Part shown: positions 9,311 through 17,646 of the stretch, one piece after another
Layout of the letters: each line of letters begins with the position of its first letter
How positions within the stretch are numbered: position 1 is the stretch's first letter
Sequence record: SRR31156797_1995
DNA length: 28,031 bases
Direction: 5' to 3' (one strand)
Position numbers and translations under genes: made by a program
Notes under the pieces: model-generated
What the model was told of the DNA's origin: nothing
Database searches by the model: none
Seen by the model: the letters and a program-made list of their open reading frames with translations, nothing else

Positions 9311-9449
9311 CTCAATAGTAATTTCATTATTAGAATATTTAGGTTAGTAGAATAGTTTCTGGCATTTTGTACTTCAAACAATAATAAATTAACATTGTAT
9401 TTAAACGCCCTACATTAATAAGATGATTAACAACCCATCTACCCCATCT

Positions 9450-9464
9450 AATTTAACACTTTTT
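9450..9464 (-). promoter_or_regulatory. 15-bp motif shared by both susC upstream regions (possible -7 promoter element or operator)
   Basis: AATTTAACACTTTTT here is identical to 15217-15231. The minus strand reads AAAAAGTGTTAAATT-AG, loosely resembling the Bacteroidota TAnnTTTG element. Confidence 0.4.
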
Positions 9465-9782
9465 TTTCAAATAAAACAAAATAAAAAATGGAATCTTTTA
9501 AGATCGCATTCAATATAAAACTAATTATTGTTATTTTTCGTCTAAAATTGCTTCTTTAAGAATAAATTTCGGAACAATATCAGAGACAATACTAAGATTA
9601 CATTGAAATCTTTATTTAAATAACGATTATGCTAGCTTAATTTGGTATAGCCAAAATCTCTTGTAATAACTGGTTAAATTGAATAGATGGTTTCATGGCA
9701 ATACCTCTTTTAGGATTACTACTATCATTCCCAACTTTAACCCATGGAACTGAATAGATTTTAATCACAAATTATCTGATAC

Positions 9783-9814
9783 AACAAAAGGATCTTCATT
9801 AAGATCCTTTTGTT
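9783..9814 (-). terminator. Intrinsic terminator after the hypothetical gene
   Basis: Perfect 14-bp inverted repeat AACAAAAGGATCTT-CATT-AAGATCCTTTTGTT about 20 nt past the stop at 9836. Confidence 0.8.
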
Positions 9815-9835
9815 ATTCTAATCATATTAAAATAC

Positions 9836-10516
9836 TCACTTTAACGTACTATAATAATTAAAAATTTGTATTAAATCATTTTCTTTTCCAATCTTCAATT
9901 TTTTCCTTTTTACAAAAGCCTGAATATTCTCTCTTTTATCTCCAAATAATTGCAAAATCGACTTTTTATTCACTTTAATCAGTTCTGCAATCTCATTATT
10001 CCTTCTTATATAGTACTCTTCCTTCAACACATAACGATCAAGGTCTGGTGCAGAATAAGAACTAACTTTTCTCCCCTTAATGAAACGACAGGTATAATAT
10101 TTTAACAATTGCACCTTCTTACCTCCACTAAGTAATTCCATAAAGTCATCTCTTACTTTATTTCCGTACAACAATTTTCCATAGATAAAAGTGTGATTGT
10201 CAATAATAATAGAATCCATCGTTTGAGGATTCGAAATTGCAAGTATTTCACCTTTATGATCCATAAGCATCTTACCTCCTTTAACAAGGTATTTGATAAG
10301 TACATCAGAAACTGTGTATTCGGTATTAAAGTATATTTTACTTTTCACCCAATCTTCATTAAAGAAAATTTGTCCTTCCACTTCTTTAAGTGATGCAAAA
10401 CTTTCATAATGGTGTCTTCTTAGTTCAGTAAGATCGAACTCTTGAGCAAACACATTAATATTATATACTAACAAGAGTACAAACACGATTAATCCCCTAA
10501 ATAATAGCGACTTCAT
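9836..10516 (-). CDS. Secreted hypothetical protein (226 aa)
   Basis: Sec-type signal peptide ending VFA-Q, a Tyr/Lys-rich body and its own terminator. I recognise no catalytic motif. Confidence 0.85.
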   Translation of the reverse strand: MKSLLFRGLIVFVLLLVYNINVFAQEFDLTELRRHHYESFASLKEVEGQIFFNEDWVKSKIYFNTEYTVSDVLIKYLVKGGKMLMDHKGEILAISNPQTMDSIIIDNHTFIYGKLLYGNKVRDDFMELLSGGKKVQLLKYYTCRFIKGRKVSSYSAPDLDRYVLKEEYYIRRNNEIAELIKVNKKSILQLFGDKRENIQAFVKRKKLKIGKENDLIQIFNYYSTLK

Positions 10517-10563
10517 TACATTATCTTTATTAACTTATTTATTATATCACTCATAAATGTAAT

Positions 10564-10599
10564 AAAAAAAAAGGTTGTTCTCAAAAGAACAACCTTTTT
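10564..10599 (-). terminator. Intrinsic terminator after susD pair 2
   Basis: A9-GGTTGTTCT-CAAA-AGAACAACC-T5, which gives a U9 tail on the minus strand. Confidence 0.85.
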
Positions 10600-10617
10600 A
10601 TTTCTTTATTATACCAA

Positions 10618-12033
10618 CTATCTGTTATCATTCACAGACTCATCAATATTATCGTTAGCATTATACTCATCCTCAGGAATCTTTAAGAAAAATCTCTTAT
10701 CATTTGGCTCTAAATCAACTTCTACTAAATGAAGTGCATCTCTATCAATTCCTCTACCCAAACGTTTAGCATCGAACCACTCAACACCAATTTCTGAATA
10801 AAGCTCTTTTCTTCTTTCGTATAAGATTTCTTCCAATAAATCATCTCCTGTATTTGAAGATTTAACAGCATCTGCATCACGACTCACCTGTAGCGCATAT
10901 AATAAATCATGTGCTCCACTTGGATCACTATTACGATACTTTGCTTCGGCAGCAACAAGAAGCATCTCAGCTGTTCTCATTAAATACATATCTGCTTCAA
11001 ATGAAAATTGAAACTTATTAGTTACATATTGAGCCCAGTGACCGTCTCCAACACCAAAGTAATTTTCAAATTCTTTTCTAACATCAGTTGCAGTAAAAGA
11101 ATCAACTAGATTCTTATTTACAAACATCCCTTGATAAGGTCCATTATGGAAATCAGAAAAAACATGAGGAGCAGCATAATAATAATTGGTTTGATCAGCT
11201 GTTTGATACATTCCCCAAATTACTTCCTGATTAGTTATATCATCAAATCCAGTATCATAAATTCCAGCATCAATTGAGGCAGCAGGATCGCCACCACAAG
11301 CAGCAATTGCTGCAGTTTCAATCTGATCCCAATCTTGATTGAAAGCCATCAAAATACGAGCTTTAAGACCTTGGGCAACTGTAAGATTAAAATACGACTT
11401 ATCTAATCTATCGTCTGTTAAACCAGCAACTGCTGCATTTATATCATCAACAATTAATTGCTTAAAAGCAGTCGGATCTGACATAGCTCCTCCTTCAGTA
11501 ACTGGTTCTGTGTAAATTGGTGGAGTTTGTAAACCTGACCCCTCAGCATAAAATTCTAAATACAACTGAAAATAAAAATAAGCTCTTAATGCCTTAGCTT
11601 CAGCAATAAACAAGGTCTTATCAGATTCTGATAATGACGCACTTGCAGTAATTTCTTTAATAGCTGTATTCGCATGATTAATAACATCATAAGGGAATTG
11701 CCATGAGAAATTTACTCTAGTGTAGTTTTCTTCACGATTATCATGTTGATAATCCCATTTGTACCATGATCTTTGCATAAGGTCATTACCCTTCATTGAT
11801 CTAGCATAGTAGAACGAATAAACACCTCCTGCATCAGTTCGGATGTATTGTGATCTAAACATTCTATAAATGCCAGTAAAATAAGCCCTTACTCCTTCAG
11901 GCGAATCATAAACATCAACTGCTGTTAAAACATCAGTTGGTTTTGGATCGTCAAGATAATCAGAGCAAGATGTTGCTCCCATCAACATAACCAATCCAAT
12001 AGCTATCTTATATATATTTTTCATATTTTTCAA
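10618..12033 (-). CDS. susD: SusD/RagB-family lipoprotein (pair 2)
   Basis: Lipobox GATS-C, with EAKALRAYFYFQL, MRTAEMLLVAAEA and ERRKELYSEIGVEWFDAKRL motifs. The start could alternatively be 12024 (MKNMKNI). Confidence 0.92.
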   Translation of the reverse strand: MKNMKNIYKIAIGLVMLMGATSCSDYLDDPKPTDVLTAVDVYDSPEGVRAYFTGIYRMFRSQYIRTDAGGVYSFYYARSMKGNDLMQRSWYKWDYQHDNREENYTRVNFSWQFPYDVINHANTAIKEITASASLSESDKTLFIAEAKALRAYFYFQLYLEFYAEGSGLQTPPIYTEPVTEGGAMSDPTAFKQLIVDDINAAVAGLTDDRLDKSYFNLTVAQGLKARILMAFNQDWDQIETAAIAACGGDPAASIDAGIYDTGFDDITNQEVIWGMYQTADQTNYYYAAPHVFSDFHNGPYQGMFVNKNLVDSFTATDVRKEFENYFGVGDGHWAQYVTNKFQFSFEADMYLMRTAEMLLVAAEAKYRNSDPSGAHDLLYALQVSRDADAVKSSNTGDDLLEEILYERRKELYSEIGVEWFDAKRLGRGIDRDALHLVEVDLEPNDKRFFLKIPEDEYNANDNIDESVNDNR

Positions 12034-12042
12034 ATTTTCAAA

Positions 12043-15000
12043 TTAAAATGCAACATTTAAACCAACCGAAACTGTCTTCATTATATTGGAACGACTATTG
12101 GTTGTTCCAGCCAAACTTTGTTCAGGATCTAAACCTTCCAGTGATGACCATGTTAATAAATTATCCGCCTGGAAATAAAGTCTACAAGTGCTAATTTTAA
12201 ATTTTTTCAAGAAAGACTCTGGCACATTGTAACCAATAGTTAAGGCTTTTAATCTCAAATAGTCATTATCGAACAAAAATCGTGTAGAACGTGAATTGTA
12301 ATCATTCTTTTGAGAATTCATCTTAGGTGTATCTGTAATATCACCAGGTTTTTGCCAACGATTTTTAATATCCACATGCACCTGTCTTCCTGGATCATCC
12401 ATGGAATTCATTAAAGCAGCATAAGAATAATCGTACAATTGACCACCAATACTAAAATTAAATTGAGCATTTAAATCAAAATTCTTGTATTTGAAATAAG
12501 TACCAAATCCTCCAGTCCAATCAGGTAAAGAAGAACCCTGATAATACCTTGTTGCATCGGTATATTCACTAGTTGTTTCCTTAGTAATTTCACCTGTCTC
12601 TGCATTTTCAACATCCATATACCAAAGAGCATCACCAGTCTGTGCATCAACACCTGCATATTCCTCAATAAAGAAGTCATAGATAGATTTACCAACCATC
12701 CATTTTTTAGTTCCTACAGTCATTTCTTCCTGAGGAAGTTTAGTAATCTCATTTTTATTTGTTGAAATATTAAAAGTAGTTGTCCAATAAATATCATCCG
12801 TATGAATATTTACTGTATTAACAATAAATTCGAATCCTGAATTTTCAATTGTTCCAACATTAGTTGTTATATCTTCATTACCTGTTGATAATGCTAATGG
12901 CATATCAAATAATAAATCCACAGATTCTTTTTTGTAATATTCTAACGAACCTGTTATTCTATTATTCAAGAATCCATAATCAAGAGCAACATTAAACAAG
13001 GCAGTTTTCTCCCATTTTATATCCTTATCAACAACACCACCTTTTAGTATACCTGTATTAGATCCATTATTCCAACCAGTATCATAGGCTGCATAGTATG
13101 GGAAGTAACCAATACCTCTATTGTTACCAAGTTCACCATAAGAAGATCTAATCTTAAGAAGATCTATAAAAGTAGCATTCTTCATAAATTCTTCATCTGA
13201 AAGAATCCAGTTCCCTCCAACTGAGAAAAAAGTCCCCCAACGCTTGTCTTCGTGGAATCTTGACGAACCATCTCTTCTTACGCTAAGGTCAAGAAAATAT
13301 CTACCCAAGTAATTGTAATCAACTCGAGCCATATAAGATTCTAATCTTTCTGAGTTTACATAACCAGAAACATCTTCTGGAGTAGTACTACCTGACAACA
13401 CCTTAACTCCTGGAAGAAATCCAGTACCTTGTGCGTTTAAATAATCATATTCATAATCATAAAATTCCGAAATTAAATCTATTGCAAAACTATGATCCTG
13501 AATGTCCTTTTTATAACTCAATGCATTAGTTAACGTAGTAGTCTCCGTAATAGATCTTTGTTGAGATACACGACCACCTACCGATGCTGCCGAACCATAT
13601 TTAAAATGATCATACTCATTAGCATCATAAACATATCTTTCATAACCAAAAGTAGTTTTAAACGAAAGATCTTTGTAAAATTTCATCTTCATATATGATG
13701 ATGAGAACAAATTAGTACGCGTATAAATGATATCATTTATTAAAGTAGAAGAAACGGCATTTTCAGTAGCTAATACTGGTCTTGAAGCATTAATCATTTG
13801 TCCTGGTGCACCTCCGTCACCATAATCATATAGCTTATTATTATTAGCGTCATATACCAAGTTTCCATCACCATCTCTTTGGTACAGTGGGTAAATATTA
13901 GAAAGCGTATTAGCCCATTGCATTATACTAGTATATGAACTTCCTGACTGATTAGGATAGTTCTGCTCAGATTTTGAGAATGAAGAGTTTGTTCCTACTT
14001 CCATCCATTCTTTTAATTTAGCTTTTAAATTAACACGACCAGAAAGTCTTTCAAATTCAGACTCAATTATTGCACCTTCCTGTTTCAAATAATTCGCATT
14101 AACAAAATAAACAACATTTTCGCTACTTCCATCAATACTAACATCGTACTCATTATAAAAGGCATCATCATTTGATAAAGCATCATACCAATCAGTATCC
14201 CACATTAATTCACCTCCATTAACAATTTCTCCTGAGGTGTTTACTGGGTTATCAACATTGTAAGGATTATATCCTAAAGTGCTAATTAAGTTATCCGTTG
14301 CAGTTTGTCCAGCTGCAGTGTAATCTGCATCTGTCGCACCTTCTGGTAAAGCACCGTTTCTTAAGGCTTCCCAAGCTAATTTCATATAGTCTTCAGCTCC
14401 AACATAATCATACAAATCAACGGCAGCATTTGAAAAACCTGCTCTGGCGTTAACCGATATTGTAGCATCTTTCTTTTTAAATTTACCACCTTTAGTTGTT
14501 ATTAAAAGAACACCATTTGAGGCACGAGAACCATATAATGCAGAAGCAGAGGCATCTTTCAACACATTAATAGTCTCAATCTGAGATGAAGAAATTGAAT
14601 TCAAATTTCCTGAGAAAGTAATACCATCAACAATAATTAACGGATCTGCGGATGCATTAACAGAACCAACTCCTCGAATACGAATGGTTGGATTTTCACC
14701 AGGCTGACCACCAGAAGTTAAAACATTTACACCTGGAGCAGCTCCCTGAATGGAACTAACTGGAGACACTGCAATCTGGTTCTCCAAAACTTCCGAACCA
14801 ATACTTGTAACCGCACCTGTAAGTTCTCTTTTATTCTTTGTCCCGTAGGCAACGACGACAACTTCATCAACACCAACCGTCTCTTGCTCTAAAACAACAT
14901 TAATTGTTGTACTATTTGCTACAGTGATCTCTTGATTCACCATACCAACAAAACTAAACACTAAAACATCTCCAACATTTGAAGATAAATTGTATTTTCC

Positions 15001-15171
15001 ATCCAAATCGGTACTTGTTCCGGTTGTTGTTCCTTTTATAACGACAGAAACCCCTGGCATACCAAGTCCATCATCAGCACTGGTAACAATACCAGAAATC
15101 TGTTTTGTTTGTGCATTAACTATTTGCATAGCAAATAATAGTACACAAACAATCAAAGTTAGTTTTTTCAT
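12043..15171 (-). CDS. susC: SusC/RagA-family TonB-dependent transporter (pair 2)
   Basis: Signal peptide ending VNA-Q, EVVVVAYG, GGQPG, PLIIVDG, LKDASASALYGSRASNGVLLITTK, and C-terminal GLNVAF. Confidence 0.96.
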   Translation of the reverse strand: MKKLTLIVCVLLFAMQIVNAQTKQISGIVTSADDGLGMPGVSVVIKGTTTGTSTDLDGKYNLSSNVGDVLVFSFVGMVNQEITVANSTTINVVLEQETVGVDEVVVVAYGTKNKRELTGAVTSIGSEVLENQIAVSPVSSIQGAAPGVNVLTSGGQPGENPTIRIRGVGSVNASADPLIIVDGITFSGNLNSISSSQIETINVLKDASASALYGSRASNGVLLITTKGGKFKKKDATISVNARAGFSNAAVDLYDYVGAEDYMKLAWEALRNGALPEGATDADYTAAGQTATDNLISTLGYNPYNVDNPVNTSGEIVNGGELMWDTDWYDALSNDDAFYNEYDVSIDGSSENVVYFVNANYLKQEGAIIESEFERLSGRVNLKAKLKEWMEVGTNSSFSKSEQNYPNQSGSSYTSIMQWANTLSNIYPLYQRDGDGNLVYDANNNKLYDYGDGGAPGQMINASRPVLATENAVSSTLINDIIYTRTNLFSSSYMKMKFYKDLSFKTTFGYERYVYDANEYDHFKYGSAASVGGRVSQQRSITETTTLTNALSYKKDIQDHSFAIDLISEFYDYEYDYLNAQGTGFLPGVKVLSGSTTPEDVSGYVNSERLESYMARVDYNYLGRYFLDLSVRRDGSSRFHEDKRWGTFFSVGGNWILSDEEFMKNATFIDLLKIRSSYGELGNNRGIGYFPYYAAYDTGWNNGSNTGILKGGVVDKDIKWEKTALFNVALDYGFLNNRITGSLEYYKKESVDLLFDMPLALSTGNEDITTNVGTIENSGFEFIVNTVNIHTDDIYWTTTFNISTNKNEITKLPQEEMTVGTKKWMVGKSIYDFFIEEYAGVDAQTGDALWYMDVENAETGEITKETTSEYTDATRYYQGSSLPDWTGGFGTYFKYKNFDLNAQFNFSIGGQLYDYSYAALMNSMDDPGRQVHVDIKNRWQKPGDITDTPKMNSQKNDYNSRSTRFLFDNDYLRLKALTIGYNVPESFLKKFKISTCRLYFQADNLLTWSSLEGLDPEQSLAGTTNSRSNIMKTVSVGLNVAF

Positions 15172-15216
15172 AAATTAATTTTTTAGTTAGTAAAATGTAA
15201 GTGGTAAACATCAGGC

Positions 15217-15231
15217 AATTTAACACTTTTT
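15217..15231 (-). promoter_or_regulatory. 15-bp motif shared by both susC upstream regions (probable -7 promoter region of susC pair 2)
   Basis: Identical to 9450-9464. The minus strand reads AAAAAGTGTTAAATTGCC about 45 nt upstream of the ATG. Confidence 0.45.
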
Positions 15232-15591
15232 AACGATTGACAAAAACTCAACCCCCATGTTAAATATTAAAAACACAGACACTTACATTTAAAAATTAAT
15301 TTACAGAAATAAAATATTAACAAAATATTAGATAATTATCCTAAATATTCCTTTATTTTAGCAATCTATTGAATTAACATATGCACATATAGTTATTACT
15401 AAGTAATTAGTTTAAAATCTCACAAATAGTACAAGTTTCACGACATCTATTCCTAGATAATTCCATTATGTACTATATAAATCAGCATTGTTATTTTGTT
15501 TTATATTATTATAATACTATAATTTTACATTTCAATCGATAAAATACCTACACATCTTACGATTTCTTAAAATGATTTTTCAATAAGTTAT

Positions 15592-15620
15592 AAAAAATGG
15601 GATCTAATAATAAAATCCCA
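15592..15620 (-). terminator. Intrinsic terminator after ferredoxin
   Basis: Minus strand UGGGAUUU-loop-AGAUCCCA followed by U6. Confidence 0.65.
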
Positions 15621-15645
15621 AATAACGTAGTTTCAATAATTAAAA

Positions 15646-15816
15646 TTATTCTCCTTCTGAAATTGCCTCTACCGGACAAACTTCCGCGCATGCTGCACAG
15701 TCGATACAAGTATCCGGATCGATAACATAAATATCTCCTTCCGAAATAGCATCTACCGGACATTCATTGATACATGAACCACAAGCAGTGCAATCATCTG
15801 AAATAACGTAAGCCAT
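15646..15816 (-). CDS. Small 2x[4Fe-4S] (clostridial-type) ferredoxin, 56 aa
   Basis: Below the ORF-track cutoff. Manual translation gives MAYVISDDCTACGSCINECPVDAISEGDIYVIDPDTCIDCAACAEVCPVEAISEGE, with two CxxCxxCxxxCP motifs. Confidence 0.96.
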   Translation of the reverse strand: MAYVISDDCTACGSCINECPVDAISEGDIYVIDPDTCIDCAACAEVCPVEAISEGE

Positions 15817-15919
15817 AATTTATTTCTTTTTAGTGTAAAATTGATAATATATTATTACTGATTAAGATTAAATTTACGACATGAATATTTTTCAAACAAG
15901 ACCTTAATATCCTAAATTC

Positions 15920-15942
15920 TTATTTATATTAATTCCAAACAA
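15920..15942. promoter_or_regulatory. Imperfect palindrome, candidate metal-regulator (Fur-family) operator upstream of zupT
   Basis: TTATTTATATTAATTCCAAACAA has outer arms TTATTT/AAACAA and sits in the divergent ferredoxin-zupT spacer. It is AT-rich, so the evidence is weak. Confidence 0.3.
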
Positions 15943-15998
15943 ATCATTATATTTAACCTCAGTCTTAAGGATCAAATAAAAAAAACAATAATTAACAT

Positions 15999-16817
15999 AT
16001 GGAATTTGAATTCAACACAGTGGCAATCGCATTTGGAATGACCTTATTTGCAGGTCTTGCCACAGGAATAGGCAGTGCTATTGCCTTTTTTGCCAAACGC
16101 ACTAACACAAAATTCTTAGCTCTTTCCCTTGGATTTTCGGCAGGTGTAATGATTTATGTATCATTAGTCGAAATATTTCAAAAAGCAAAAGATGCACTTA
16201 TACTTGACCATGGCGTAGTATCGGGTACATGGTACACTGTAATATCATTCTTTGGCGGAATATTATTCATTGCCATTATCGATAAGATGATTCCTTCATT
16301 TGAAAACCCTCATGAAGTAAAAAAGATTGAAGATCTTGATGGCAAAAATCCAATCGATCGAAAATTAATGAGAATGGGAATGTTCTCTGCCTTGGCAATT
16401 GGAATTCATAATTTCCCTGAAGGTTTAGCCACATTTGCAGCAGCTTTAGCCGATCCAACAATTGCTATTCCAATTGCAGTCGCTATTGCAATACACAATG
16501 TTCCGGAAGGAATTGCAGTTTCTGTTCCTATTTATTATGCAACTGGTAGTAGAAAGAAAGCATTTCTATATTCATTTCTTTCCGGTCTAGCCGAGCCTGT
16601 AGGAGCCTTAATTGGGTTCATATTAATCTACTCTTTCCTAGGATTAAACAATACTATATTTGGTGTCTTATTTGGTGGTGTTGCTGGTATTATGGTTTTC
16701 ATCTCCTTAGATGAATTATTGCCTACCGCAGAAGAGTATGGAGAACATCACGTTGCCATTTACGGATTAATTGCAGGTATGGCAGTCATGGCTTTAAGTT
16801 TATTACTGTTTCTTTAA
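15999..16817 (+). CDS. zupT: ZIP-family divalent metal transporter ZupT
   Basis: [44 protein letters not shown] and ISLDELLP motifs. Confidence 0.95.
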   Translation: MEFEFNTVAIAFGMTLFAGLATGIGSAIAFFAKRTNTKFLALSLGFSAGVMIYVSLVEIFQKAKDALILDHGVVSGTWYTVISFFGGILFIAIIDKMIPSFENPHEVKKIEDLDGKNPIDRKLMRMGMFSALAIGIHNFPEGLATFAAALADPTIAIPIAVAIAIHNVPEGIAVSVPIYYATGSRKKAFLYSFLSGLAEPVGALIGFILIYSFLGLNNTIFGVLFGGVAGIMVFISLDELLPTAEEYGEHHVAIYGLIAGMAVMALSLLLFL

Positions 16818-16822
16818 AATAC

Positions 16823-16846
16823 AAAAGCCTCAAATTGAGGCTTTTT
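16823..16846. terminator. Bidirectional terminator between convergent zupT and nth, overlapping the nth stop codon
   Basis: AAAAGCCTCAA-A-TTGAGGCTTTTT. The nth stop (16830-16832) lies within the stem. Confidence 0.75.
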
Positions 16847-17492
16847 CTTTTTTCTTTTCTTCTTTCTGATAATACTTACAATACTCCTTCAATCCACAAG
16901 GTTTACATTTCGGCTTACGCGCCAAACAAACATATCTCCCATGCAAAATAATCCAATGATGAGCTGTTGCAATTAACTCTTCAGGAATATTTTTCACTAG
17001 CTGCTTTTCCGTTTCTAATGGAGTTTTTGAATTTGTGGTTAAACCTAATCTTTCTGAAACCCTAAAAACATGCGTATCTACAGCCATAGCAGGTTTGTCG
17101 TACACCACCGATGCAATAACATTTGCTGTTTTTCGTCCAACACCAGGTAATTTTTGCAATTCCTTAATATCATCTGGTACAATTTCCTTAAAATCTTCAA
17201 CCAACATTTTAGCCATTCCTAATAAATGTTTGGCTTTGTTGTTTGGATAAGAACAAGAACGAATCAAATCAAAAATATCATCTTGCGTAGCATGAGATAA
17301 ATCGAATGCACTCGGATATCGATCGAATAAAGGCGGAGTAATTTGATTTACTCTTTTATCGGTACATTGTGCTGATAATATTACTGCAACCAGCAATTCA
17401 TATGGATTGGTATAATTTAATTCTGTTTCAGCAATGGGCATGTTTTCCTGAAACCAAGCTATTACTTTTTCAAACCGTTCTTTCTTACGCAT
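16830..17492 (-). CDS. nth: Endonuclease III (DNA glycosylase/AP lyase)
   Basis: LSAQCTD, HhH motif LPGVGRKTA, AVDTHVFR, and [4Fe-4S] motif C-x6-C-x2-C-x5-C (CLARKPKCKPCGLKEYC). Confidence 0.97.
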   Translation of the reverse strand: MRKKERFEKVIAWFQENMPIAETELNYTNPYELLVAVILSAQCTDKRVNQITPPLFDRYPSAFDLSHATQDDIFDLIRSCSYPNNKAKHLLGMAKMLVEDFKEIVPDDIKELQKLPGVGRKTANVIASVVYDKPAMAVDTHVFRVSERLGLTTNSKTPLETEKQLVKNIPEELIATAHHWIILHGRYVCLARKPKCKPCGLKEYCKYYQKEEKKKEKASI

Positions 17493-17611
17493 AAGTTTCT
17501 TAATTTATTCTGAAGAAGAACGAAAATACTAAACTCTCCCTAAAAATTAGTTCTTAACTAAAGAAATCAATACAATTTATAAAGCAAATGCAATTGCAAG
17601 CTACTTATTTG

Positions 17612-17619
17612 TAAATTTG
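17612..17619 (+). promoter_or_regulatory. Bacteroidota -7 promoter element for the ABC-F gene
   Basis: TAAATTTG matches TAnnTTTG, about 27 nt before the ATG at 17647. Confidence 0.55.
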
Positions 17620-17646
17620 CAATCACATATTTAAGAATTGAGCCAA

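Noticed and set aside
9637-9768. 43-codon minus-strand GTG ORF (VIKIYSVPWVKVGNDSSNPKRGIAMKPSIQFNQLLQEILAIPN)
   Set aside because: It starts right after a terminator, has no promoter or motif I can recognise, and its length is compatible with chance. It could be a gene remnant, but I cannot support that.
5921-15231. Invertible susC shufflon or phase-variable promoter
   Set aside because: The shared sequences are in direct, not inverted, orientation and no recombinase is encoded in the window.
15232-15590. Very AT-rich spacer as a possible replication origin or ncRNA
   Set aside because: I see no DnaA-box cluster (TTATCCACA) or stable stems. It is consistent with an ordinary regulatory spacer.
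15557-15763. 68-aa minus-strand ORF
   Set aside because: It overlaps the real ferredoxin in another frame.
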